Below, piece by piece: positions 56,132 through 64,000 of a stretch of 64,000 nt of DNA. Numbering within the stretch: the first letter of the stretch is position 1; each line of letters opens with the position of its first letter. Position numbers and translations under genes: made by a program. The stretch is taken from contig CAIQRY010000065.1 in the NCBI GenBank assembly GCA_903874345.1, positions 2,679 to 66,678 of the forward strand, in the 5' to 3' direction. This DNA is from an uncultured bacterium. Its GTDB lineage: Bacteria; Patescibacteriota; Patescibacteriia; Patescibacteriales; UBA12465. The notes under the pieces were generated by a model. The model was not told the DNA's origin, made no database searches, and saw only the letters and a program-made list of their open reading frames with translations.

Positions 56132-57109
56132 TTATTGTTTTAAAGGCTGCCACCAAGCGGTATTCGTCTTGTACCATAAGGCAGTGTGCCGTAAACCGTC
56201 CTTAAAGTCAATCTGCGGCTTAAAACCGAGTTCATTTTTAGCTTTTGTAAAATCAATAGCGTAACGCAAATCATGACCCTGGCGATCAGGGACATATTCA
56301 ATCATTTCCGGACCAAGACCCATCAGTTCCAAAATCAATTGCGTAATTTCTAAATTGCTTTTCTCGCTACTGCCACCTAAACAATAAGTTTCGCCGCTCT
56401 TCCCTTTTTTAAGAATCAAATCGACACCACGGTTATGGTCATCAACATGAATCCAATCGCGAATATTTTTCCCGGCGCCATAAACCGGCACTTTTTTTCC
56501 TTCGATTAAATTGGTAATGAAAAGCGGAATTAATTTCTCCGGATATTGATAAGGGCCATAATTATTCGAGCAATTAGAAATCGTCACCGGCAAACCATAA
56601 GTATGATAATAGGCGCGAACCAAGTGGTCGCTCGCGGCTTTCGAAGCGCTATAAGGCGAGCGCGGATCATAGGGCGTGGTTTCGTTGAATTTTTTATCAG
56701 TCAAAGATAAGGAGCCGAAAACTTCATCGGTTGAAATATGATGAAAACGAATCGGCCGACCCGAGACATAAATATTCTTAGCCGCCTCGAGTAAAACGCG
56801 CGTCCCTTCGACATTAGTATGAACAAAATCAGCGCTATTTTTAATTGAACGGTCGACATGACTTTCGGCTGCAAAATGAACAACGATATCGATATCTGGC
56901 ATTAAATCATTAACCAAAGTCGCGTCGGTGATGTCGCCTTTAACAAAATGGTAACGCGGATCGTTTTCAACATCTCGTAAATTTTCTAAGTTTCCGGCGT
57001 AAGTCAAAACATCCAAATTAACAATTTGATCCTCAGGATAATTTTTTAACCAATAGTGGATGAAGTTAGAACCGATAAAGCCGGCCCCGCCGGTAACGAG
57101 TAATTTCAT
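56132..57109 (-). CDS. rfbB: dTDP-glucose 4,6-dehydratase
   Basis: From internal Met MKLLVTGGAGFIGSNF; catalytic YSASK; RfbB family length. Start at 57109 sits 3 nt after the HIT gene stop. Confidence 0.85.
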   Translation of the reverse strand: MKLLVTGGAGFIGSNFIHYWLKNYPEDQIVNLDVLTYAGNLENLRDVENDPRYHFVKGDITDATLVNDLMPDIDIVVHFAAESHVDRSIKNSADFVHTNVEGTRVLLEAAKNIYVSGRPIRFHHISTDEVFGSLSLTDKKFNETTPYDPRSPYSASKAASDHLVRAYYHTYGLPVTISNCSNNYGPYQYPEKLIPLFITNLIEGKKVPVYGAGKNIRDWIHVDDHNRGVDLILKKGKSGETYCLGGSSEKSNLEITQLILELMGLGPEMIEYVPDRQGHDLRYAIDFTKAKNELGFKPQIDFKDGLRHTALWYKTNTAWWQPLKQ

Positions 57110-57111
57110 AA

Positions 57112-57507
57112 TCAACTTTTTAACTTTTTTAAAATTTCCTCTACTTCCCCGGGGCCGTATTCTGATTGCGGCCACTGTACATGGCCATCACCCGCATGAC
57201 GTGGAATAACATGAAAATGTAAATGCGGTACAATCTGACCGGAAATCGGATCATTATTTTCTGTGACATTATAACCGACGACACCTAGTTTTTCTTTTAA
57301 TAGCTTCCCCATTTTTTTCACAACCAGCATGACGGCGATAAAGTCATCTTCACTAATATCATCAATATTCTGATAATGCTTTTTAGGCATAACTAAAATA
57401 TGTCCGGGATTAACCGGTTTGATATCTAAAAAGGCCAAGACCTCCTCGTCCTCATAAACCTGATGACAAGGGATATCGTGCGCGATAATTTTACAGAAGA
57501 TACACAT
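57112..57507 (-). CDS. HIT (histidine triad) family nucleotide hydrolase/transferase
   Basis: 131 aa; HLHFHVIP histidine triad, N-terminal CxxC. Confidence 0.85.
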   Translation of the reverse strand: MCIFCKIIAHDIPCHQVYEDEEVLAFLDIKPVNPGHILVMPKKHYQNIDDISEDDFIAVMLVVKKMGKLLKEKLGVVGYNVTENNDPISGQIVPHLHFHVIPRHAGDGHVQWPQSEYGPGEVEEILKKLKS

Positions 57508-57642
57508 ATAAATTTATTTGATCAGGTACGCAGACTAGTGTTTCGGAGCGCATATGATTTCGTACAGAAAAAATGAGCGTTAGTGAATTTTTTCCACAGA
57601 AATCATCCTAAGCGAAGAAATACTAGTCGGCGTAACTGAATT

Positions 57643-58095
57643 TCATCTGATTTGATAACGGCTATCGGCCTTGTTTTCCCAGCGGATTTCATCAACCTCC
57701 TGTTTCTTTTCAATCCCCTTATATAATTTATCCGGCAAATTAATGCTTAACGCTGGAATCTCGGAAATACATTTATAGCCATGGACGACGCCGGGCGGGA
57801 CAATAACCAGGCTCGGACTCTTTTCACCGACTTCGATCTCCATTGCTTCGCCTTTAGTCGGCGAATTCTCCCGCCGGTCCCATAAATACAATCGGAAATC
57901 ACCCGGACCTAAGAAAACAAAACAATCGCTTTGGCTAACGTGTTCGTGTGGGCCGCGAATGACGCCGGGGTTGGTCAGACTAACATAAGACATGACAATA
58001 TCAAAATCTAGTTCGTCGCGTCGAAAAATTTCAGTCAACCAACCGCGTTCGTCAGTATTTCTCGATAAGGGTTTTATAATGACACCATGAATCAT
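57643..58095 (-). CDS. RmlC-like cupin (dTDP-4-dehydrorhamnose 3,5-epimerase/FdtA-type sugar isomerase family)
   Basis: 150 aa; DERGWLTE and IRGPHEH motifs of the RmlC/FdtA cupins. Confidence 0.65.
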   Translation of the reverse strand: MIHGVIIKPLSRNTDERGWLTEIFRRDELDFDIVMSYVSLTNPGVIRGPHEHVSQSDCFVFLGPGDFRLYLWDRRENSPTKGEAMEIEVGEKSPSLVIVPPGVVHGYKCISEIPALSINLPDKLYKGIEKKQEVDEIRWENKADSRYQIR

Positions 58096-58109
58096 ACAAT
58101 TCTTAATTA

Positions 58110-59057
58110 CTAATTCTTAATTTTGAATTTAATCAGGCCGTTCTGCGCGCCTTGATGGGCAATTTTTGCGGCCGCGTTTTTTAAACTTAAGAGTAGAGCC
58201 TTATTAATATCACTCTGATAAATAGCTAGCGCAGCGGCAAAAGTCGAGTTAAAGATATCACCAATACCGGTCGTATCCACCCTCTTCACTTCTTTCACAA
58301 TTTTCTGGTGATAAATTTTATGACCATCATAAGCCGCGACGCCATCTCGTCCCAAAGTAATCAAAACGATTTTCGGTCCGAAGCTGGAAATAATTTTTAA
58401 GAGAGTATCAATTTTTAAGGCGGCCGGTTTCAAATGTTTATGTTTTTCCGAGCTCAGGATTAATTCAACAGCTTCTTCTTTGTTTAATGCAAAAACTGAG
58501 GTCTTTTTTAGGAAAGGTGCTAAAAATTTTAAACCGCGATCAAATTGTCTTGCCCCCGGATTCCAACAAATTTCCGGCCCCCCGGGACCAATAACCGAAA
58601 AAATTCGTCTTAAAACCTTAACCCAATCACCGGACAAAGAAGCTAAATAAATATTTTTCGTCTTTTTAAGCGCCTGTAAACCGGCTCCGTTAACAGTCAA
58701 AGAGCGGTTTGCTCCTCTTTCAACAAACAGAATTCTTTCACCAATCGAATTAATTAAATCAAAAGCCGTGCCGCTTTCGGCGCCTCTAATTTTTTCAATG
58801 AGTTCTGTCTTAACACCGCGCCCCTTTAAATTATTAATTATTTTCTGGCCGCCTTCATCAGCGCCAATGGCCGAGAGGCAAGCCGTTTTAAAACCGAAAT
58901 GCGCCAAATTAACCGCCGCGTTCGCCGCGCCACCGCCAAAGGAATAATAAAATTTGTCTATCTTTATTTTCGCGCCGTATTCTAAGGCGACGCCCCGATC
59001 AACAAAGAAAGAAATGTCGCGCGTCGCACCACCAATAGCAATAAAATCGTAAGTCAT
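58110..59057 (-). CDS. PfkB family carbohydrate kinase
   Basis: 315 aa; N-terminal GG motif (FGGGAANAAV), C-terminal DTTGIGD anion hole motif. Confidence 0.8.
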   Translation of the reverse strand: MTYDFIAIGGATRDISFFVDRGVALEYGAKIKIDKFYYSFGGGAANAAVNLAHFGFKTACLSAIGADEGGQKIINNLKGRGVKTELIEKIRGAESGTAFDLINSIGERILFVERGANRSLTVNGAGLQALKKTKNIYLASLSGDWVKVLRRIFSVIGPGGPEICWNPGARQFDRGLKFLAPFLKKTSVFALNKEEAVELILSSEKHKHLKPAALKIDTLLKIISSFGPKIVLITLGRDGVAAYDGHKIYHQKIVKEVKRVDTTGIGDIFNSTFAAALAIYQSDINKALLLSLKNAAAKIAHQGAQNGLIKFKIKN

Positions 59058-59084
59058 ATAAAAAAATTAAGTACTTTTATGATA

Positions 59085-59648
59085 TCACGAAAATCGTTTC
59101 GGTTCCAGAAAAAAGGGCTGTAATTTTCGGTTTAGGGCCGCGACCAAATGGTAAGAAAGCAGGGCCGCGAGAAGGCTCCAGGCGCCTTGTTCAAAAAGGG
59201 CCAGCCAAAAATCTTTTTGGACTAAGAAAAAACGAGTGTAATCAGCCGCCGTAAAATAAAATAAACAAGCGACTAGAAAATTATAAAGAATCGTGGCCGC
59301 TAAAATCAAAACAAAGAAAGAGTAAAGGGAGCGATTAGTCAGCCAGTTTTTGAGCATGAGTTGCGCTAAGCCGGCCGTGGTTAGAAGAACGATAATAAAA
59401 AAACCAAAAAATTGAAAAGAAATTAAGTCGAGCCAAAAACCGAGAACAAACGCGGCCCATAAGGCGACACGGAAACCGAAAAAAAATAGAGTGAAAATCA
59501 AAAAAATCAAAACTAAATTGATTTGTCCGAACCAAGACGGCCAGGCGCTAATTAAAGAAAATTGGCCGATGGCTGCCAAGGAAGCAAAAAAAATAAAAAT
59601 AATAACCCTGAGTGCCGCTTTCATACTAAGGAATAATGATACTGACAA
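59085..59648 (-). CDS. mreD: Rod shape-determining protein MreD (membrane)
   Basis: 187 aa, five hydrophobic helices, immediately downstream of and overlapping mreC. Confidence 0.6.
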   Translation of the reverse strand: MSVSLFLSMKAALRVIIFIFFASLAAIGQFSLISAWPSWFGQINLVLIFLIFTLFFFGFRVALWAAFVLGFWLDLISFQFFGFFIIVLLTTAGLAQLMLKNWLTNRSLYSFFVLILAATILYNFLVACLFYFTAADYTRFFLVQKDFWLALFEQGAWSLLAALLSYHLVAALNRKLQPFFLEPKRFS

Positions 59649-60438
59649 TCGTCAGATTATTAAAATCTACTAGCGGTTCAATCGTCGCGTCAGTCCAAAC
59701 CGCATTACTCTCGCTGCGCACTTCCTTAACGCGACCAATGACGAGACCCCGCGGAATATTAGCGCCTAGGCCGGAAGTGACGACCGTCGCGCCGGCATTA
59801 ATTTTTTCGGTTTGCGGAATATAATTCATTTTAATGGTTAGGCCTAAGTCGCCATCCGTTACGCCTTGCGTCTGGCTTTGATTCTGAACCATGGCCGCCA
59901 ACTTGCAACCTAAACTGGTCGTCAAGCAAATCCGCGCACTCGTGTCTTTTAGGGCCGTAATTTTACCGACAATCGTCCCGGAAGGATCGGCCACCGCCAA
60001 GCCAATTCTTAAGCCATCATTCGCTCCGCGATTAATAACTAAATCCCGACTCGCTTCCCCGGCCTCGGCCGCTCCTTCTTGGCCAATAATGCCGGCCGTC
60101 ACCGCCCGCCAATTATTAGTCGCTAGAAAATTAGCTTGCGCCCGCAATTTTACATTTTCAGTCGCTGTTTCCTGACAATTCGCATTGGCAACCGTTAGCT
60201 CGGCTACTTGTTTTTCGAGTGTATCGAGCCGTGTTGTTAAATCTGTTTGATTCTGGCGAGCCGTATAATTATGATTAAAATTACGACCCACGCTATATAA
60301 ATAACCGGAGAGCGGTTTAGTAATTAGAGATAAAAAATTCTCCACCGGACGGAGAACGTGAGCCCCATGTAAAAAAACCAGCAGTCCGAAAACTACTAGC
60401 CAAACGAGTAAAGTTTTATAGCGTTTTAATTTAACCAT
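59626..60438 (-). CDS. mreC: Rod shape-determining protein MreC
   Basis: 270 aa; N-terminal TM, coiled-coil, beta-rich C-terminal domain with GLVIGRV motif. Confidence 0.8.
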   Translation of the reverse strand: MVKLKRYKTLLVWLVVFGLLVFLHGAHVLRPVENFLSLITKPLSGYLYSVGRNFNHNYTARQNQTDLTTRLDTLEKQVAELTVANANCQETATENVKLRAQANFLATNNWRAVTAGIIGQEGAAEAGEASRDLVINRGANDGLRIGLAVADPSGTIVGKITALKDTSARICLTTSLGCKLAAMVQNQSQTQGVTDGDLGLTIKMNYIPQTEKINAGATVVTSGLGANIPRGLVIGRVKEVRSESNAVWTDATIEPLVDFNNLTIVSIIIP

Positions 60439-60439
60439 A

Positions 60440-61480
60440 TTAATCCATCACACTGGGCAAAATAACTTTTTCTAACAAATTCTTATCATGAAGTAAAATA
60501 CCGGTCCCCCGCACGACGCAAGTCAAAGGGTCATCAACGATTTTCACGGGAATTTTCGCGGCCGCGGCAATCGCTTTGTCTAGTCCGCGCAGTAAGGCGC
60601 CGCCACCCGAGAGATACAGGCCCCGCTCATAAATATCCGATACTAATTCCGGGGGCGTTGTTTCTAAAATCGTTTTAATGTTATCGATAATCTTCATGAC
60701 GGTATGACTAATCGCTTCGCGAATTTGCTTATCCGTCACCATCACCGCTTTAGGTAGTCCAGTTAATAAATCACGGCCGCGGACTTCAATCTCTTGCGGC
60801 GTTTCCAAGGGGACAGCGGAACCGACACTAATCTTAATACTCTCGGCTAATTGTTCACCGATTAAAATATTAAATTCCTCGCGAATATATTCAATAATGT
60901 CATTATCAAACTCATTACCAGCTGATTTTAAGGATTTCCAAGTAACGACGCCGCCCAAAGAAATCACGGCGATTTCCGAAGTTCCGCCGCCAATATCAAC
61001 AATCATGGTTGCCGTCGCCTCGGTGACCGGTAGCCGGGCGCCAATGGCCGCCGCCATGGCTTCTTCAATTAAATAAACTTTACGCGCGCCGGCCGATTTG
61101 GCTGCGTCCTCGACCGCCTTCTTCTCGACTTCGGTTAAATCAAGCGGAATGCCAATCACGACACGGGGGCGCGAAATCAAAGTAAAATTTTCAGCGTGCA
61201 CTTTATTAATAAAATACTTCAACATTTTTTCCGTTACTTCAAAGTCAGAAATAACACCGTCCACGAGCGGCTTAATCGCTTCAATATGACCAGGGGTCTT
61301 GCCCACCATTTTACGCGCCGCTTCCCCGACTTCCAAAATTTCATTCGTCCGTTTATTAATCGCGACGACGCTCGGCTCATTAACAATAATCCCCTTGTCA
61401 GCAACATAAACTAAGGTATTTTTCGTACCTAAATCAATGCCTAAATCATGGCTGAATTTTCCGAGGAGATTATTGAACAT
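60440..61480 (-). CDS. mreB: Rod shape-determining protein MreB
   Basis: 346 aa; LGIDLGTKNT, IVDIGGGTSEIAV; heads the mreBCD operon. Confidence 0.9.
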   Translation of the reverse strand: MFNNLLGKFSHDLGIDLGTKNTLVYVADKGIIVNEPSVVAINKRTNEILEVGEAARKMVGKTPGHIEAIKPLVDGVISDFEVTEKMLKYFINKVHAENFTLISRPRVVIGIPLDLTEVEKKAVEDAAKSAGARKVYLIEEAMAAAIGARLPVTEATATMIVDIGGGTSEIAVISLGGVVTWKSLKSAGNEFDNDIIEYIREEFNILIGEQLAESIKISVGSAVPLETPQEIEVRGRDLLTGLPKAVMVTDKQIREAISHTVMKIIDNIKTILETTPPELVSDIYERGLYLSGGGALLRGLDKAIAAAAKIPVKIVDDPLTCVVRGTGILLHDKNLLEKVILPSVMD

Positions 61481-61496
61481 AATTTTTATTTAAAAT

Positions 61497-62723
61497 TTAT
61501 TTTAATTTTGCGACCAGGTCTTTAATCTTTATTAATTCGCTTTTCCCTTCCGCCCGTTTTTTTAATTCCACGCTATCCACTTGTATTGTTTTGGCACTGA
61601 TAAGTACGCGATAGGGGCAGCCAATCAAATCCGCATCGGCGAACTTTTCACCCGCCGATAAATTACGATCATCATAGAGAACTTCAATCCCCGCCTGCGT
61701 TAAGGTCTCATAAATTTTTAGAGCGGCTTCGTCTTCGTTAAGAGATAAAAGATGAACTTTAAAAGGCGCCACCGTTTCCGGCCAAATAATTCCCTTCTCG
61801 TCATGATAAACTTCGACAATCGTGCCCATGAGCCGACTTGGACCGATACCGTAGCAGCCCATAATAATATCCTGCTCCTGGCCTTCCTGATCGCGGTAAC
61901 GGAAATCAAAGGCAGCGGAAAATTTCGTCCCTAATTTGAAAATATTCCCGACTTCCACGCCCTTCTCTTCCTTGAGCTTCGGGTTATGGCAAACCGGGCA
62001 AGTATTTTGTTCCTCAATAATTTCCCGATTAACGGCCACATGACATTTATCGCAAATAAAAATATGGTCTTCCCCGTCAGAAATTAAAGTTTGAAACTCA
62101 TGAGAATATTTGGAGAAGGCACCGCCCGACGCATAAGTCAGGTAAGTTAAATCGGCCAAACCAAAGCGCTCATAAATCTTAAAATAAGCATCCTTAACCT
62201 TTTCATAATAAGCGTCGAGGTCAGCTTGATTAGTATGAAAAGAATATAAATCTTTCATTAAAAATTCGCGGCCGCGAATTAATCCGGCTTTCGCTCTTTT
62301 TTCATTACGTAATTTCGTCTGGATTTGATAAACAGCAATCGGCAATTCTTTATAAGAAAAAGCATATTTCTGAATCAAGGGCGTCACGACTTCTTCGTGC
62401 GTCGCACCTAAGGCATATTCTTTCTTATCCGAGCCCTGCAATTTAAATAAGGCGTCAAAATTATCCCAACGACCGGTCGCGACCCAATTCTCTTTCGGGA
62501 CCAACGTCGGCATTAAAATCTCCTGACCGCCGACCGCGTTAATCTCCTCGCGAATAATATTCGTAATCTTAGACATGACGCGAAGACCGAGGGGCAAAAA
62601 AGTATAAATTCCAGCGCCGACCTTATCAATAAAACCGGCTCGAATCAAAGTTTGAGCATTAAAACTGGTTTCATCTTTTGGCGCTTCTTTAAGCGTCCGG
62701 GTGAATAGTTGAGATTGTTTCAT
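61497..62723 (-). CDS. proS: Prolyl-tRNA synthetase, short form without the INS editing domain (small Cys4 insertion instead)
   Basis: 408 aa; ProRS N-terminus (LIRAGFIDKVGAGIYTFLPLGLRV), motif 2 GLIRGREFLMKDLYSF. CDKCH...CPVCH cluster where the INS domain normally sits, then the class II motif 3 region. Confidence 0.8.
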   Translation of the reverse strand: MKQSQLFTRTLKEAPKDETSFNAQTLIRAGFIDKVGAGIYTFLPLGLRVMSKITNIIREEINAVGGQEILMPTLVPKENWVATGRWDNFDALFKLQGSDKKEYALGATHEEVVTPLIQKYAFSYKELPIAVYQIQTKLRNEKRAKAGLIRGREFLMKDLYSFHTNQADLDAYYEKVKDAYFKIYERFGLADLTYLTYASGGAFSKYSHEFQTLISDGEDHIFICDKCHVAVNREIIEEQNTCPVCHNPKLKEEKGVEVGNIFKLGTKFSAAFDFRYRDQEGQEQDIIMGCYGIGPSRLMGTIVEVYHDEKGIIWPETVAPFKVHLLSLNEDEAALKIYETLTQAGIEVLYDDRNLSAGEKFADADLIGCPYRVLISAKTIQVDSVELKKRAEGKSELIKIKDLVAKLK

Positions 62724-62784
62724 ATTTTAATATCCTAACCAAAAATACCTCGCTTGTAAAGTTGACTTTTAATCCGAATCAGGC

Positions 62785-63363
62785 TTATTTTCTCAGCATT
62801 TTCTTTAAGGCCGCTTTCACGCGCTCGCCGCTATCTAAGACTTCCGGGCCGACCGCGTTTAGAGCGCTCCGGGCCTCACTTAAGGAATAGCCTAAAGACA
62901 TTAAGGCGTCTATTTCATCACTCCCGAAATTACCGCCTTCCAGCGGCGTCAAATTACCGGTCGGACGCAAAACTTTATTTTTTAATTCTAAGACAATGCG
63001 CTCCGCCGTCTTCTTGCCAATACCCGATACTTTCGTCAAAAGATTCGCATCGCCGCGCACAATCGCTTCTTTAATATCGCCGGCCGAAGACAAAGACAAA
63101 ACGCCGAGGCCGGATTTCGGACCGACGCCGGAAACCGTGAGCAAGATTTCAAATAAATCTTTATCTTCTCGCGTTTTAAAACCATATAAATCGCTCGCGT
63201 CCTCGCGAACCACATGATGGATATAAATTTCTGTTTCCGTATCCAGTCTTAGTTCATTTAGAAAATTTTCACCAACAAAAATCTGATAGCCGACGCCATT
63301 TACTTCCAAAACCAAATGGTTCAGAGTTTTATAAATTATTTTTCCTTTAAGATAAGCGATCAT
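62785..63363 (-). CDS. ruvA: Holliday junction branch-migration protein RuvA
   Basis: From internal Met: MIAYLKGKIIYKTLNHLVLEVNGVGYQIFV... (OB domain), HhH pairs LLTVSGVGPKSG / LTKVSGIGKKTAERI, C-terminal domain III. The upstream part of the ORF track overlaps the next gene. Confidence 0.88.
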   Translation of the reverse strand: MIAYLKGKIIYKTLNHLVLEVNGVGYQIFVGENFLNELRLDTETEIYIHHVVREDASDLYGFKTREDKDLFEILLTVSGVGPKSGLGVLSLSSAGDIKEAIVRGDANLLTKVSGIGKKTAERIVLELKNKVLRPTGNLTPLEGGNFGSDEIDALMSLGYSLSEARSALNAVGPEVLDSGERVKAALKKMLRK

Positions 63364-64000
63364 AATTTTATTTTTCTTCGTATCACTGTTAGAGCCGGAA
63401 TAAGCCCGACTGTCTTGGGTATTTCTAAGGCGCAAACCTGCGACCCGCCGCCACCATGCGCTTCCTTGATGACGCGGCCGCTTTTCGCGTCCCAAAGTTC
63501 GTCGGGACACATTTTTATTATATCATAATTCGGCCTAATAATCTCTATCTCGTCACCGGCTTTCAGAGTGTTATGGACGCGGAAATACAGACGATTACGG
63601 TCACGAGTTGCGACGACTTGGCCGCAAAATTCCCAAGCGCTTTTTTCATGTGAATTATTAATATTCTGCTCACCGCGACCGCCCAATAAAAATCCGGTCG
63701 TATAACCGCGATGCACGAGTTTCGTCAGGAGTTCCTGATATAAATATTCTAATTCGCTTTTTAATTTTGCGACTGGCGTTTTTTTAAGGATTGAATTTAA
63801 AACGCGACGATAAATACCGCAAACCGTGGCTTGATAATAAACGCTTTTCGCTCGGCCTTCAATTTTAAAACTCGTAATCCCGGCCTCGGCTAATTCTTTT
63901 AAATATTTAACGAGACAAAGATCGCGCGAATTTAATAAATAAGTGCCATGTTTCTCTTCAACCAGCTCTAATTCCTCATCATGCCCGCCGGTCTTAAGCA
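63360..64000 (-). CDS. Peptidase U32 family protein, C-terminal part (gene continues beyond the window end)
   Basis: Minus-strand frame reads ...GITSFKIEGRAKSVYYQATVCGIYRRVL... (U32 FKIEGR.KS..Y motif), continuing into the listed 118 aa ORF. Stop overlaps the ruvA start by 4 nt. Confidence 0.7.
   Translation of the reverse strand, partial: LKTGGHDEELELVEEKHGTYLLNSRDLCLVKYLKELAEAGITSFKIEGRAKSVYYQATVCGIYRRVLNSILKKTPVAKLKSELEYLYQELLTKLVHRGYTTGFLLGGRGEQNINNSHEKSAWEFCGQVVATRDRNRLYFRVHNTLKAGDEIEIIRPNYDIIKMCPDELWDAKSGRVIKEAHGGGGSQVCALEIPKTVGLIPALTVIRRKIKL

Noticed and set aside
57508-57642. 135-bp intergenic region between the HIT gene and the RmlC-like gene as a candidate small RNA
   Set aside because: No convincing stem-loops or terminator seen; most likely just promoter and RBS space for the HIT-rfbB pair.
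1-64000. CRISPR arrays, insertion sequences, integrases, rRNA genes
   Set aside because: No spaced direct repeats, no transposase- or integrase-like ORFs and no rRNA-like stretches were seen anywhere in the window.

Overview
This 64 kb window is gene-dense and mostly encoded on the minus strand. The small, extended ribosomal proteins, truncated tRNA synthetases and a ComEC without its nuclease domain suggest a reduced-genome bacterium of the CPR/Patescibacteria kind; that is inference only. Positions 1-13.8 kb carry the spc/S10/str ribosomal-protein super-operon (rplR' through rpsJ, then tuf, fusA, rpsG, rpsL), with two unannotatable genes wedged between fusA and tuf. Positions 14.6-21.8 kb hold a thematic histidine block: a histidine ammonia-lyase homolog, histidyl-tRNA synthetase, urocanase and a tRNA-His gene, interleaved with a HAD phosphatase and a VOC/glyoxalase protein. 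Positions 21.8-29 kb are accessory: a VanX-like D,D-dipeptidase, a GNAT acetyltransferase, a DapF-like epimerase, a TrpR/YerC-like regulator, a SAM methyltransferase, a ComEC without an MBL domain, RF2 in a single frame and a TonB-C lipoprotein. Positions 29.2-33.4 kb carry a displaced alpha-operon block (infA through rpoA, rplQ, rplM, rpsI) whose RpoA lacks the C-terminal domain. The rest holds a truncated AlaRS and a dcw-type cell-wall block (murB, an ABC exporter, murC, murG, ftsW, mraY). It continues with a plus-strand PilT/ComGA-like ATPase plus glycosyltransferase surface-glycan cluster, an S8 protease with FG-GAP repeats, dTDP-sugar genes, two mreB paralogs with mreCD, a short ProRS, ruvA and a partial U32 peptidase. 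One tRNA gene was found; no CRISPR array, transposase or rRNA gene was seen.
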